64,000 nt of DNA from Lingula anatina. Its lineage: Eukaryota > Animalia > Brachiopoda. Under the pieces are notes generated by a model that saw only the letters and a list, made by a program, of their open reading frames with translations, was not told where the DNA came from and did not search any database. The stretch is taken from positions 3,348,001 through 3,412,000 of the forward strand of contig CM120649.1 of the NCBI GenBank assembly GCA_051362555.1. Reading direction: 5' to 3'. Made by a program: the position numbers and the translations under genes. Positions 13,652 through 26,900 of this stretch are shown here, one piece after another (positions within the stretch are counted from its first letter, which is position 1; each line of letters starts with the position of its first letter).

Positions 13652-16600
13652 TTAAAACGAGTCGTGTATGGCGTGGAGGCAAAGATGGCGGACCTGGAAA
13701 AGTAAATTGAAACAATGTTCTAATTGGTGGCTCCACTGACGTACTTGAGGCGTGGGAGCAAATTTTATACCGGATTCGATCTCTGAGAGAGCAAATGGTA
13801 ATTTCAGCATTTAATAATTAAGAAGTTTAAGTCCCCTTGGACTTGAGTTCAGAATACCTAACAAGTAAATGACAAGATTCAAGACAACTTGAAACCCTCT
13901 CATATGTTCATGCAAAGCCTCTTTTCCGACTCTTATTGTAACCAGATAAAATGTTTAAATAAAAAGTACTGAATGCAAAAGTAATTTTTTCTTACGTTAA
14001 CACAAGACGGGGCACTGAGGGCAAAGGTCACGGCGGCAGCGACATCGTCTGGTTGAAGACACTAGCGTGAAATGATATTATAAAAGATGCATGATATTTA
14101 AGGGTGTATTCTGATTAATATAAGGTATTACATAATTGGAGATAAAAAAAATTATTATGGAGAAAAATTAAGGTGAATGACAAAAAATGTAAACCAAAAT
14201 ATTTACTATAAGCCAGTGACAATTTAACAGCATTTAAAGTGCTTTATATTAAGCCCAAATGGATGGGTGATGTATATATAGAAAGTAACACACAGGACAC
14301 TAGTTAAATGGAATAATTAAGACAAAAGAATTGCTCATTAAAAGACTGAAGCATATCCTCAGCAACTTCGCTTACATTTCAATTTGTCTGATTCACTTTA
14401 AATCCATTAAAACCCAAAACGTTACCAAAACCTTTGTTCGAATCCTTATTAGATTTATTTAGTATCATAACGTCTGTTATTTGCGAAAGGCAAAGGGTAT
14501 TGGAGTGATTGAAGAAGTTTGCCACAAAACTCAGGGATTAAGCCACACCATTTTATTGAAGCTTACAGTTTCCGGACAGAAGAGGTTGTCGTCTATGTCT
14601 GCTCTTGCTTGCGGAGTGTCGACCAATCCAGGACTAATCACCTAACAGTAGAGCATAATATTTCAATATTGGGTTACATTAACAAAGTGTTATATAAATA
14701 CCACTGAATTCATACTATTCTAGCCGCCCATCTACGGATACTCCATCGTGGGTTGTGAGAGATGGGAAATATATTCCAATACTGTAAAATTGCATCTCAT
14801 TTGTATCTCAATTGATCTCACTTTCACTTTTGTTAATTTTCTCCGCTAAGTTATCTACTAGTGTAAGTAAGGAGTTATCGACTGGACTGTAATATTTCTC
14901 CTTAATATACATTTAATCTAAATTTCTTTAGGTCTCTCTCTCACACTCATACCGTTGTCCGTATTTTCGTTTTCTCTTGTCTCAGCTCGTGCCTCAGGCC
15001 CTCTGTGAAAGCCTTCAGGGCACACTTTGTTGGGGTATGCATGTGACATGAAGAGTCCTCGTGGACCGTGCTGTCACATACACTGTAATTAAATAGAGTA
15101 TGCTTGTCAGAAACGATAACATAATTAGTTTCCCAGAACCAGTATGAAATGGCAAATAGCTAATTTCGCCTGCAACGTCACAATTCTATGGGAGTTTTAA
15201 TCGTTTGCATTTTTGTATTTCTGTGACCATTTTATATTTGCTTGTACACTATCGATGATCTGTACCTTGTATGTTAAGGTTCTTTATGATCAATAAACAT
15301 TCCATTCCTACGTTTGCAGAATAAAATGCCCATTCGCAGAAGGTACCAGTGTGCCAAATGCGTTTTCCAAGCCCGGAGTCACATTTTTGGAATGTAATTT
15401 GTTTAATTTTTCAATTACTTAGAAGCACGATAAAGATATATGTATATTCTGTTTGAGGCCGTATTACCTGCTCATATTAATAATGTGCCCGTCATTCAAG
15501 TTCCTTTCTTGTATGGACCGAATGGTCAGCTGGGACACTGTGATGACAGCGAATACATTCAACTGAAAAAACGCCTTAGCTTAATTGGAGAGGTCGTTCC
15601 TGGCTGAAAGTATATCAGTGTAAATGAAACGACAAGTCGTGATCATTTTTTCTAGATCACTTTATCGATCACATTTTCGCACTTGCTGTCCGTTGCATAA
15701 TTGTATTACTTTAAAGGGATAATAACTCTTCGTATGAGAGCTATCTTTCACAATAAAACATTGTAAACAACTCATAGGAATATAATATATTCTGTTTTAC
15801 CACAAAACCGGCAGTTATAGCTATTATTCTGATATCTGAGCTTGTCATCGGATCACTTGACCTCCATAGATGGCTATACTCTGTTATAATCTCTTGAGAG
15901 ATTATAACAAAAAACAAACTTTTTAGAAAAAAAAAAAACAGGGACTAACTTTGAATGTAGAAATGGATTCATTAACCATTGGTAAGTATGGGAAAACTGT
16001 TGTTTACTACAGGGAAATTCATTTGTTGGCCAAATCGAGCAGTTATTATCCCTTTAAGTATCAGCTAAACAGCTAAGAAAAGCTTTGTTCATGCACAGCA
16101 TGGCTTGGCGCTCAATTAGATGTTTGGCAAACATTTTCTCACTGAGCATATACGCATAAGCTATAACATGTACCCGAATTTAACGCTCTGGTAATACACA
16201 GCCTGCGAAGAAATACAAAGTTGAGGTGGAAGCAGTTATGGTAATTGATTAAAAACAAAAATATTTTTAAACAAGAAATTTTGAATACTCAACAGAACTT
16301 AATCCCACATTCCTAGATAAAAAGTAGCAATTCAAAATTAAGGAACAAACCTAAGCCGAAACATATTTTCCTTGGGATATAGATTCAGAATATATATCAT
16401 ATAAAGTTAAAAAGTCTGAGTCTAAAAGATAAATGCTAAGATAAATGATAAATGCTACTGAAAAAAAATATGAGTTTTCTCACTTCATACATTGTCTTGG
16501 TGTCAGATAAAGACCCTGTCTTGCAATTCAGAAAGAGGTCAACACCAGCGTTGTTAACACAAACATCGACTCCACCCAACTGTTCCTTGATTTTTTGAAA

Positions 16601-19600
16601 CATGGACTCGATCTCTTCCGTTTTGGTAAGGTCGCACTTCATTGGAATCAAACTGCCCTTTTCATCTTGAAGATCTGTGGCTGTTTTCTGGAATACATAT
16701 ATTCAAAGAACACTTCAACAAATGATTTGAAATGGATCATTCAATAATTCGTGATGCATTGTCTTATACACGTAACATGATATTGAACGGGACAAAATGT
16801 TTAGGGGATTTCGAAGCTTAAACCTATACCAATATTCATGTCTATTCTGCATGGTCGTCATGATAGACCGAATGTACTTGGAGATGACCAATTTTTTTAT
16901 GCCAGTGGAATATATTGAAAAAGAAAAAAGGCAAAAAGAAAAGACGAATATTTGGATGTAAACCTTTATAGACGGAGGATATCATAGTAGTATGACGGGT
17001 ATCACTGGTCATTTTTATGGACACAGAACGTTTACTTAACCTTCTAGAAAACGTATTTCCTTGCCCTTAATATTATATTTTTAGAATTTCACGGTGATAC
17101 AAACTTTCACTTTAGTAGTATAAGTAAGTCGTTTTCGACCTGCATTTTGGAACGGGGCTATATACTTTCAATGTAATTTTTTTTAGTGAACCTTGAACCT
17201 TTTGCGGGGCAGTATAATTTTAATGCAATTTCTTAGTGACCCCTGAAGCAGAATGGAGGCTTTGCAAGCGAATTTTAATGACAATCATTTTAGTGTAAAC
17301 GAGGGACGAGCAAATTTCAAAGACGATTCAATAAAATCTAGAAGGTTTTTTTGTTAAAGAATAAATATAATTGTGTAGCGAGCAAAGAAGCGTGAAGGAG
17401 GACGCTTCGACCCCCTTTTCTAGAAATACGCAGAGGAATGCGTTTGGTGCGCCGGCACCCGTCTCGTGTTTGTGAGTCTACGGAATGCGTTAAGGCTCGC
17501 ATGAGCTAGAAACCTTTTGAAATACATTGCAGCCAACCGGTCTGCGCTAACCATGCAGTAAATCGATCTTTTCATTACTGATGTCTCTTAGCTGGCCCGT
17601 ATTATGCTCTTAGGAAAGAGTGAAGGTGTCAATCAAACGTTATATAGTTTACTGTAAAGACCCACTCTACACTATTTAAATAACGTTTTAAGTGTAAACA
17701 ACACGGGTCGAGTTATGCCTGGAATGTGTTTTACTCTCGCTCTTATTAATTCTCACAAATCTTGAATTAAAATTTTGAATTTCAAATCTTATGAATAATG
17801 AAAACAGGAATGTTCATTTTTTATGAAAACAAAAACTAAAATACGAATTATTGCAAAGGCTGGATTTGGTATTTTGCGTTTTACAAAACGCGAATTTTGA
17901 AATGCTCGTACTATTTCTACGACAGCTGAGAAACCACAACAACACAACGATTGATATGCTAAGACTTTATTTACAAAACAAACTATTCTAAAATAATTAA
18001 TTATACGCTTCACTGTGAGTACAATACAGTTTATAAGTCAGTCTCCACTGCTCCGGTGTTGTGTAGTATGCTTGAAACATCCTCTAAGTCCGCTAATGTA
18101 GGTAATTCTAAATTAGATAGGTTGCGAGATCTATGAAATCTATTGGTTACTACTTCTTTTAGCTTGTATACTGCTACAACTAGTCCTAGGGTGATCAGAG
18201 ATCCTACAGCGCTAGCTAAACCGTCTGAAACCAAAGCAAAATAAAATTAAACAGTGTCATTTAGAGCTCAGCGACAGAATCATATATGGTTTCATTCATT
18301 TCAAACACTCTAGGCTCTAGATAAGTATTTGTACTGCTTGCACTATGTATCTGACTACTGTGATCTACTCTTCAATTAAATTTAATCGATCTTATTAAGA
18401 ATAATAGCAAAAAAATTAAAATTGCTGTTGACATCGCTATCAACACTACGACAATAATATCTATAGTTCTCCAATCATTAGTCATTATGTCACCACACGT
18501 ACACAGAATATCGTCGTTAGAGACGTTGGTGGCTACTGAGGCGTTGGTGGAAGTTTTTTTCACATTGTTTATTGTCGTTTTACCGGTCGGCGTAGAACAG
18601 GTACTTGTTAGGGGCTCGACTGTGCACTGGAGGATTCCGGCCTGTATTTTATGGCATGCGGGCATCGCTTGAAATACAAATATCAATTCCGCCTCCGGGA
18701 AAATATTTTGAAGATTGCCCGAGTCATTTGCACCTGTCATAAACACCACTTTGGGCTCTGAAAGTATGCGCATAGCTTTAAAAAAATATAAATACGGCGC
18801 TATCAGATAATTGATACTCGTTAGAAAAAATGGAGACGATAAAAACTATATTTACTTACCGCTAAAAATTGTGTCGTCATTTTGAACGTCGTCGCAAGAA
18901 TAAAAATTGTCTGCTATTTCTGTGCATCTACCTTTGGTATCCCCAACGCACAATAAAATAAGTAAAATAACTGTTTTGTAAAGCATCTTCTTAATACGGC
19001 TGGCACTGCAACTGCGGCTGAAATGGATGCCGGAATACCACACTTTTCTGAGCTAAGGGTTTATTTTATAAAACGACATGGGAGATTGCCGAGCAACAAG
19101 GTTTGGAATGTTAACGAGAAAGATTAAAGGAAAACGGGATTCGGGATGAATGTAAAATTGATACACTTGTCACATGTACACTTTATGAAAATCAAATCTA
19201 TCGCGCTGCAAGAAAGAAAAACGTGAACGATTTGCAAGGCGGCGTATTTTTCTTGTATAATACTTGAGCTTTGGTCGTCTATAAAAGACCCAAGGACTTA
19301 CAAAACTGTTATTGTATAACCTCCTCGGTCGTTGCGTACAACTAATCAGACACGTTTCGTAAATATTATCATCTTTTTTCTTTTGGAACATGTTTCGAGA
19401 TTTGAAATGAATGTAAAATTGATACACTTGTCACATGTACAATTTATGAAAAACGTGAACGATTTGCAAGGCGGTATATGGGCCTTGATCTTCTACAAAG
19501 AGACAAGGACTTACAAAAACTGTTATTGTCACACCTCCTCGTCCGTATCGTATAACTAAGCAGACACGTTTCGAAAATACTATTATCTTTTTTCTTCTGG

Positions 19601-20949
19601 AACACTTCACGAAGATGGATAAAAATGCAGAGTGATTGCAATGTCGACTTACATAACTGTTGTTGGATAACCTCGGGAATAGAGAACAAAACGCTCAGTC
19701 GTTGCATACAGATAACCAGACAAGTGTCAAAAATACTATTATAATTTTTTTCTCGTGGAACATTCCGCAAAGACGGATAGAAATGCAGAGTGATTGTTGT
19801 ATTGTGTCAGCAAGTAAAAGTAAGTTAGGTAAGTCTTCCTGTTTATTAGTAGCAGGAAAAATTCAAAGAACAACGCATGGGTGCTTTTCGAAATGCGTGT
19901 TTCGTGTCAGTCCACGTGTACAGAATGTGTATAAAAACCCGTCCGTCGATCGGTGTTTAATCAAAAATGGGGCGCCTGTACGTGTTGTGTTGTGAAGACT
20001 GTTTGAAGATGATTCTTAAAATCGTCCTTGACGACGGGACGATTTTGGCTTTCAGGCTAGAGGTGAGTAACATTTTTTTTTTATACTTAAGAAAATTGTG
20101 AAATAACAGGTAGGGTTACACCAAACGTTTATTAATCATTGTATGTAAGTTTAGATTGTTTAGTGTGTAGTAACGAAGATCAGTTGTCTCTTTACATTGA
20201 ATTTTTTACATACATTTTCAGGAAGAAAGGGCCACCGAGGATTTTGGGGTCCTCGAATACGAAGAATACCAAATTGTTGAGGTAAGCAGAATTATTTGTC
20301 CACTAGTTAAAAGGAAAACGTAGGGTAAAACGAGGTGGTAAAGACTATCGTCTAATATTGATGATTTAAAAGCTTCGATAGGCCAATAACGAGTATGTTT
20401 TTATATAACAGGTCGCGCTGTTACAAGAGGAGGTTCAAGTGGTGGAGTTGTAAAAAAGGAAGAAGGTGAGTTTTAGAATTTTATTTATTGAGTCGAAGTT
20501 TATCAATGTCACATAATGGATTCTAGTTTAAACGACATAGATGTGTTAATGGTCACTAGACGCACCAGAGTTTTGCTTGTCTCGTAGTAATAACGACACA
20601 CTGGAAAGAGACTGTAAGCGACGGTGAAAAACCCGTAGTTACGTGTATTGATGTATACATTTATTTAAGATGTTATATGTAAACCGGTTTGTAACTTTTT
20701 TTTCCTTTTTTTTCAGAACCTTCGATTCTCGGCCGCGTATTTATTTACAATAAAAGCGGCCGTCATCGGTCGAATTTTAAACATCATACTTGTGTTTGTC
20801 GCTTTAATGCTTTTTCTATTCTTCTGACACCATATTGAACTTGTTTTGATGAAGGAGAACAAGAAAATGGACGTCTTTTAGTTATTTCCTCTCGTTAAGA
20901 AAAAAATAATAAAAGAATTTAATACCATCGAAAGAATATTTCAACGTAT

Positions 20950-20987
<38 letters not shown>

Positions 20988-23900
20988 GTACTTTCAATAG
21001 GGAAGAAATTTTTTTTTTAACGCGGCAACCGGTGTGCGGAGTATTTACTTAACGAGAAGACTTGAAGATAAAGTTGATATTTAAACGAGTTTGTTGCCTG
21101 AATAAATAACAGAGGAGATCAAACACGTAGTTAAACGCAATCACACTGGATTTTTATGAAAGCCGTTGACTAAACACGATGTCGAACGCAATCTCACACT
21201 GCGACTGGTGAGAAGCAAAAAAGACACCAAACACAGTGGACATGTTTGACGCATGGAGTTTATTAAACAAAGAAATGAAATGGATAGATACATTTAGCTA
21301 ATTAAGCAAACGCTTTAATTATTGTCGTGTACATCGTGTGTTATAATCCGCATAAATATGTTAAATAGTATTGGTTCAAACAGCAGTTTACACCATTTCT
21401 AAATATTTAAAATAGCATATGGAACATTAATCACGTAAAGTCTGAAGAATTTCATAATTAAATGTAGGTAATTTACAGTTCATAGACGTGATCGAAGCAT
21501 GATTTCAATGCATCTTCAGGTTGCTGGAAACCGTCGGCGGCAATCACTTCGTGGATCATTTTTTCTCTGTTTTGAGCGATGCGTTCAATCACGGCGAAAA
21601 TGTATGGGTCATCCATCAGATGTTTAACAGAGCAATAAAACTCGTATGCTCGCAGCATGACGCCACTGCTAACATGCTGAAATGCTTCTTCTATATACTG
21701 GTACACTGAAACCGACCATACAGGCTCAATGCAGGTGTGTTGGAGCTGGCTAGGGTGGTCTATCTGACAACCATTACAATTTTCAGCCCGCAGGCGCACG
21801 ATTTTTCTAGTTAGAAAATAGGTGTAGATGAGGTTTATGATGGCTGTACTAGTCAGTCTATCTTGCCTCTTGCCTAGAGCTTCGTCGATCTTCGGGAACA
21901 GCCGCAAGAACGCCAACCAATCAACAGCGGCCATCTCGATGACCGTGGGGACGGAATCACCCTGTGTGTAGCTTATCTTAACAGGGGATTTTATGCCGTC
22001 TACCGACAACGTGTAGCAATCGCAGAACGGGACTGCTAAAGTTTGTTCCTTTAACAAGGCCTCTTCAATTTCCTCCACGTGTCTCTTAAATTGGGCCCAC
22101 ACGATCGCATTGAAACGGATTTTGCGCCTTGCCTTGTCCGTTAATACCATCAAAATTTCGTTTTGTCTGTTATAACAGACAGTCGCACAAAATGATGTAC
22201 CAAAGGGTAAAAACGTCGCCATCGCTCTCGGTTGAGTTTATGCACGTCTGTGGGATTTCTCCGTACTTATATACAGTTGGAAAAGACGCTGAGTCACGAA
22301 TCTGGAATATTCCTATTATTTTCCGAAATTCAATAGAACATAATACTAAGAAAAGAGTTCTGAGACATCTCTATTATCTTTTTAGCCGGTTTTAACTGGT
22401 TTTTGGATATTGTATAACCGCTCCTTAATCGGAATTTCGATAGACACGTTTTATTACACAATTAAAAACATTCCATAACATAATACTAAGAAAAAGAGAT
22501 CTGGAATATTCCTTTTATCTTCCGAATTTCAATAGAAAATTCCGTAACACAATACTAAGAAAAGAGATCTGGAATATTTCTATTATCTTCCGAATTTCAA
22601 TAGAAAATTCCATAACATAATACTAAGAAAAGAGTTCTGGAATATTTCTATTATCCTCCGAATTTCAATAGAAAATTCCATAACATAATACTAAGAAAAG
22701 AGTTGAGACACAGATCTGAGACATCTCTATTATCTTTTTAGCCGGTTTTAACTGGTTTTTGGATATTGTATAACCGCTCCTTAATCAGAATTTCGATAGA
22801 CACGTTTTATTACACAATTTAAAACATTCCATAACATAATACTAAGAAAAAGATATCTGAAATATTCCTTTTATCTTCCGAATTTCAATAGAAAATTCCA
22901 TAACACAATACTAAGAAAAGAGATCTGGATACTAAGAAAAGAGATCTGGAATATTCCTATTATCTTCCGAATTTCAATAGAAAATTCCATAAAAAAATGC
23001 TGACTCATTGTATTACGCTGCTTATAAATATCCCGTGATTCAAAGGACACGGCAGGCAACGCGGATCACTCAGAATTACGGTGGAGCTGTCTTTCCGATA
23101 GTGTCGCACACTTAGAAAAGGTCGAAACCGAGAGCGACCACTTACAAAGCAGGTAAGTAGTTGTTTGAAAAAAAATCACGTGATAAAAAAATGTGGGGTA
23201 TATTAAGTTTCACTCTTGTAGAGACATTCAGTTGAGAAACATGGATTTGAGCGTGAAACTTCCATTAAGTATGGTCATCAACGGACCAAGCGGAGCCGGC
23301 AAGACTACTTTTCTTCAAAATTTCTTAAGATACTCAGATTTAATGACAGACCATGCTTTTGATAATATTATTTTCGCTTACGCTGTGTGGCAAGAGGCTT
23401 ACGATCAAATTGAAAAAGAGGTCCCAAAACATGTAACTTTTATAGAGGGAATACCTAGTGACGAACAATTAGAAGAAATATATGACGCGAAAAAGTATTC
23501 GCTTCTTATTTTAGACGACTTATTTAGCGAAAGTTTCGAGAACCCTAAGATTAAACACATTTTCATACGAAATTCTCATCATAACAACGTGTCGATAATT
23601 CTTATTACCCATTCGTTATTTCCCAAAGAAAAGCATGCCAGGACAATATCGCTTAACATGCAATATTTAGTCCTTATGAAATCTCCTCGCGACCAATCGC
23701 AGATCAGGGCGTTGTCTCATCAGGTCTCTTTACAAAATTCAAAAAAGTTCATAGATATTTACAAAGACGCCACGTCCAAGCCCTACAGCTACCTTTTTAT
23801 AGATTTCCGTCAAACAACCCCCGAAGAAGTGCGACTAAGAACAAATATTTTTCCCGGAGAAACGCATTACGTCTACCTGCCCGTATAAAAAGAAGGTGAT

Positions 23901-26900
23901 TTCGTGTCGCTGCGTCACTTTACAATGAAGTCCGAATCCACAAACACGTTCATGCCACATCTTAAATTTCTATCCATAGCCGACAGAAGATTGACAAAAA
24001 GCGTGATCGAGAATTCGCCAAATACCCTCATTCGAAACCTGTGCAATTTAGCTAGTAATCTTTTGCGCAACACTGAGTACAGATTGACTGCACAAGAGAG
24101 AAATAAGTTAAGTCATCTCAAAAGTCTCGTGCTTAAACTAGTGGAGAAACAGAGATCGCTGAAAATCAAGAAGAAAATATTAGCGAAAAACCCTTCATTA
24201 GTCAAGGCAATTGTGCAGCCAGTGTTGAGACATGTCAGCGTTTAAAAAGATGGTTATCATAGACGAAACAGAGTTAAATGCTTTGCGAAGGAAATCAAAC
24301 GCGGATTATTCACCATTACAGGATGAAGTTTTACGAAAGCAGAATGAACTGAGTTCTGTAATGCAAAGAGAAGACTTACCGTTTGATAAACGCATGAAAA
24401 TATACAACGAACTACAAAATGAATATATGCAGATTGCCCGAAAAAAACAACCTATCCCTGTAACTATAGAAAATACGCCTACGTCTGCGAATGAGAACGC
24501 GGAACCATCAAAGCGTTTTATCGATACGCAAATATTAGAATCGATTCCCGCGCGGATGCGTAACAAAGCGAATAACATGTTGAGACTCATCGCCAAACAC
24601 CCCACCCTTTTATCTTACGACGATCGAGGGTCGCTGATATACGACGGAGAGACTATACAAAACACTAACATAATTGATTTAATAAGTGAATTGTACGTTT
24701 CGAGAAAACGAAAGTTTACTCCCGCCGGATGGTCGATTTTTTTAAAGGGACTTAAACGTATAAATCTTCCTTCGACTCTTATATCCAATACTTTGCGGCG
24801 AGAGGAGTTTTTATCTCTACCATCACACACCAGTAAAAATAAAAAGAAACCCCAAACGGGTATGGGGAATAAATTTACGTCGTTTAATATATATTGAAAC
24901 AAAGACAGCCGTGTACTTGAAAATTTATTTAATAAATGTGTTGTTACATTGTTTTTATTTGAGTTGTGATTTACAATATCTAGGTGACACAATAAAATTT
25001 CTATTTACAAAATCGTAAACTAAATAATCGTTAAAATTGGTATCGTTTGAAAAGTTCGCATTCATCTCCCGCATGGTCTTCCCTCGAAAGCGTTGCGACA
25101 GAAAGTAAATTGTGTAGTAACCACAAACAACACTCAAACGATCTTGTAACACTTTACTATTATAAGACCACCCTCTTGTCGAATTGTTGTTCAGGAATCT
25201 AGTAAAATTATTGTCGTAGTAGCTGGGGTGACGTCCATAGGAATCAAAAAATTCTGCCGATCCGTCATTTGAAACATAAATGCTGACCCAATGTTCTCCT
25301 ATTTCGTGATATTTAGCGGTGTTGACTATCAGTCCTGCGGGATATGTACTGATATATTGTGGTAGAGTATCCGATGAGAACACGCCTATGAAATGTTTAC
25401 ACGAAATAGGATCCGATTTCATAATACAGTCAAGTTGACGGTTATTCATGTTCACGGCTCCACATAAACGGAACGTCTATTGTCAATTTTGATCACAGAG
25501 TCAAACTCGGCAAACACAACGAGTACGCTGTTATTGATAGGTTTTGTAAACTCCAGAGATACCCCTAGCGACCCCTGACGCATAGGAGACGAGTAAGGCT
25601 GATGCGACTGATCGGGGCTTAAATCGAACCCGAAAATCGTGTTTCCCGCGTTAAAGGCTTCCCTCGATAACGATACATCTCTATCGGCGTCTTCGGGTTC
25701 AATTGTCGAAACGAGGTCGTTAAAAGGTCTTATATAATTTAATCCCTCATTCGTATCAAAATCTAAATTGTAGGGTTTGAGCGGAATTTGTTCTCCGGCC
25801 ACGGTTAAACGCAAAGACCGAAGATTCTGATGTTTAAAGTTGAAGGGATTTAAATCGTACTGTCCCGAAAGGCTAGCGTCCGTCACCATGCCCATAAAAA
25901 TTCTACGCGGTATTTTAGACATGTATATGTTATCCAGAAAAGCACTTCGAACATTATTGGGTATATTGATTATTTTGACTTCTCTTCTCATGATGGGGTA
26001 ACAAGCCACGTTATTCATCAACATAGTTTCGTGGGCAGCCTTGAGGCGGGACGAAACTTTAACCCTCCTCGCAAAAAGAGAAATGCTCTTTATCAGCATT
26101 TTTTCGTCTTTGGAAGTAGTTCCGGACATTAAGCAAAAACTATGTTCGCTTCTTCGTAGTTTTATCCTGATGTCTACATTGTTTAATAAAAGTTTCGGTT
26201 GTTGAAAAAAATCACATTTTATCTTCCCCATCATTTCACACTTTCGGGAACGTTGAAACAGCGAATATCTTCGTTTTAAGCCTTCATTAGCGGGATCTCC
26301 ACTGACATCTGTCAAATCGAACAATCCGGGTGTATCCGTATACCAAGCTTCGTTGGTCAACCATGACTTTTTCGCAGAACTCCCGTGAAATAATAAGTTT
26401 TCCAAGTACGCACGGTACGCGTAGGTGTTGTTAGATTCCGTTATGACCGTCCCGTTCAATTCAACCTCCACATTCGAAAATAGCGAATGTAACGTGTTGT
26501 TGACAGGAGCTGTATCCTGTCCGATATCTAAGTCACTGAAATCATTTTTTACTACTTGCGTTTCCAAATAAAGAACGATATTATTTGGGTCGATATATTC
26601 ATCCGCGTTTCCTACGATAAGAAATTCTATTACGGGGGAAGTGTCTGTAACGCTGTTCACCGGTCTCAATTCTTCCACCGATGAATGTTCTATTTGAACT
26701 TGAAAAGCATCGCGAATGTTGCTAAACAAATCCAGTTCCGTTCGAACGACGCTTTCCATTGTTACTAAAAATTAGTTTTCGCGGAGATGTGTTTGGTTGT
26801 GCGTTTTTTAACGCGTCTGCCCTTTTTTGCTTTTACATCCCTTTTTATACTCATGCCGTTCATTGTTTTTGTAATAACATCACTGCTTACATAAAGTTTT

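Noticed and set aside
17789-18013. 74-aa ORF next to the left TIR
   Set aside because: No ATG start, AT-rich, and overlaps the poly(A) region of the membrane-protein gene.
19170-19995. Several 75-111-aa ORFs
   Set aside because: They fall in degenerate direct repeats and promoter sequence, with no recognisable motifs.
22302-22990. CRISPR-like array
   Set aside because: The units are contiguous tandem repeats without unique spacers, there are no cas genes, and the context is eukaryotic.
23193-23240. N-terminal extension of the ATPase in the ORF track
   Set aside because: Non-ATG start lying within a predicted 5'-UTR intron; ATG 23241 is preferred.
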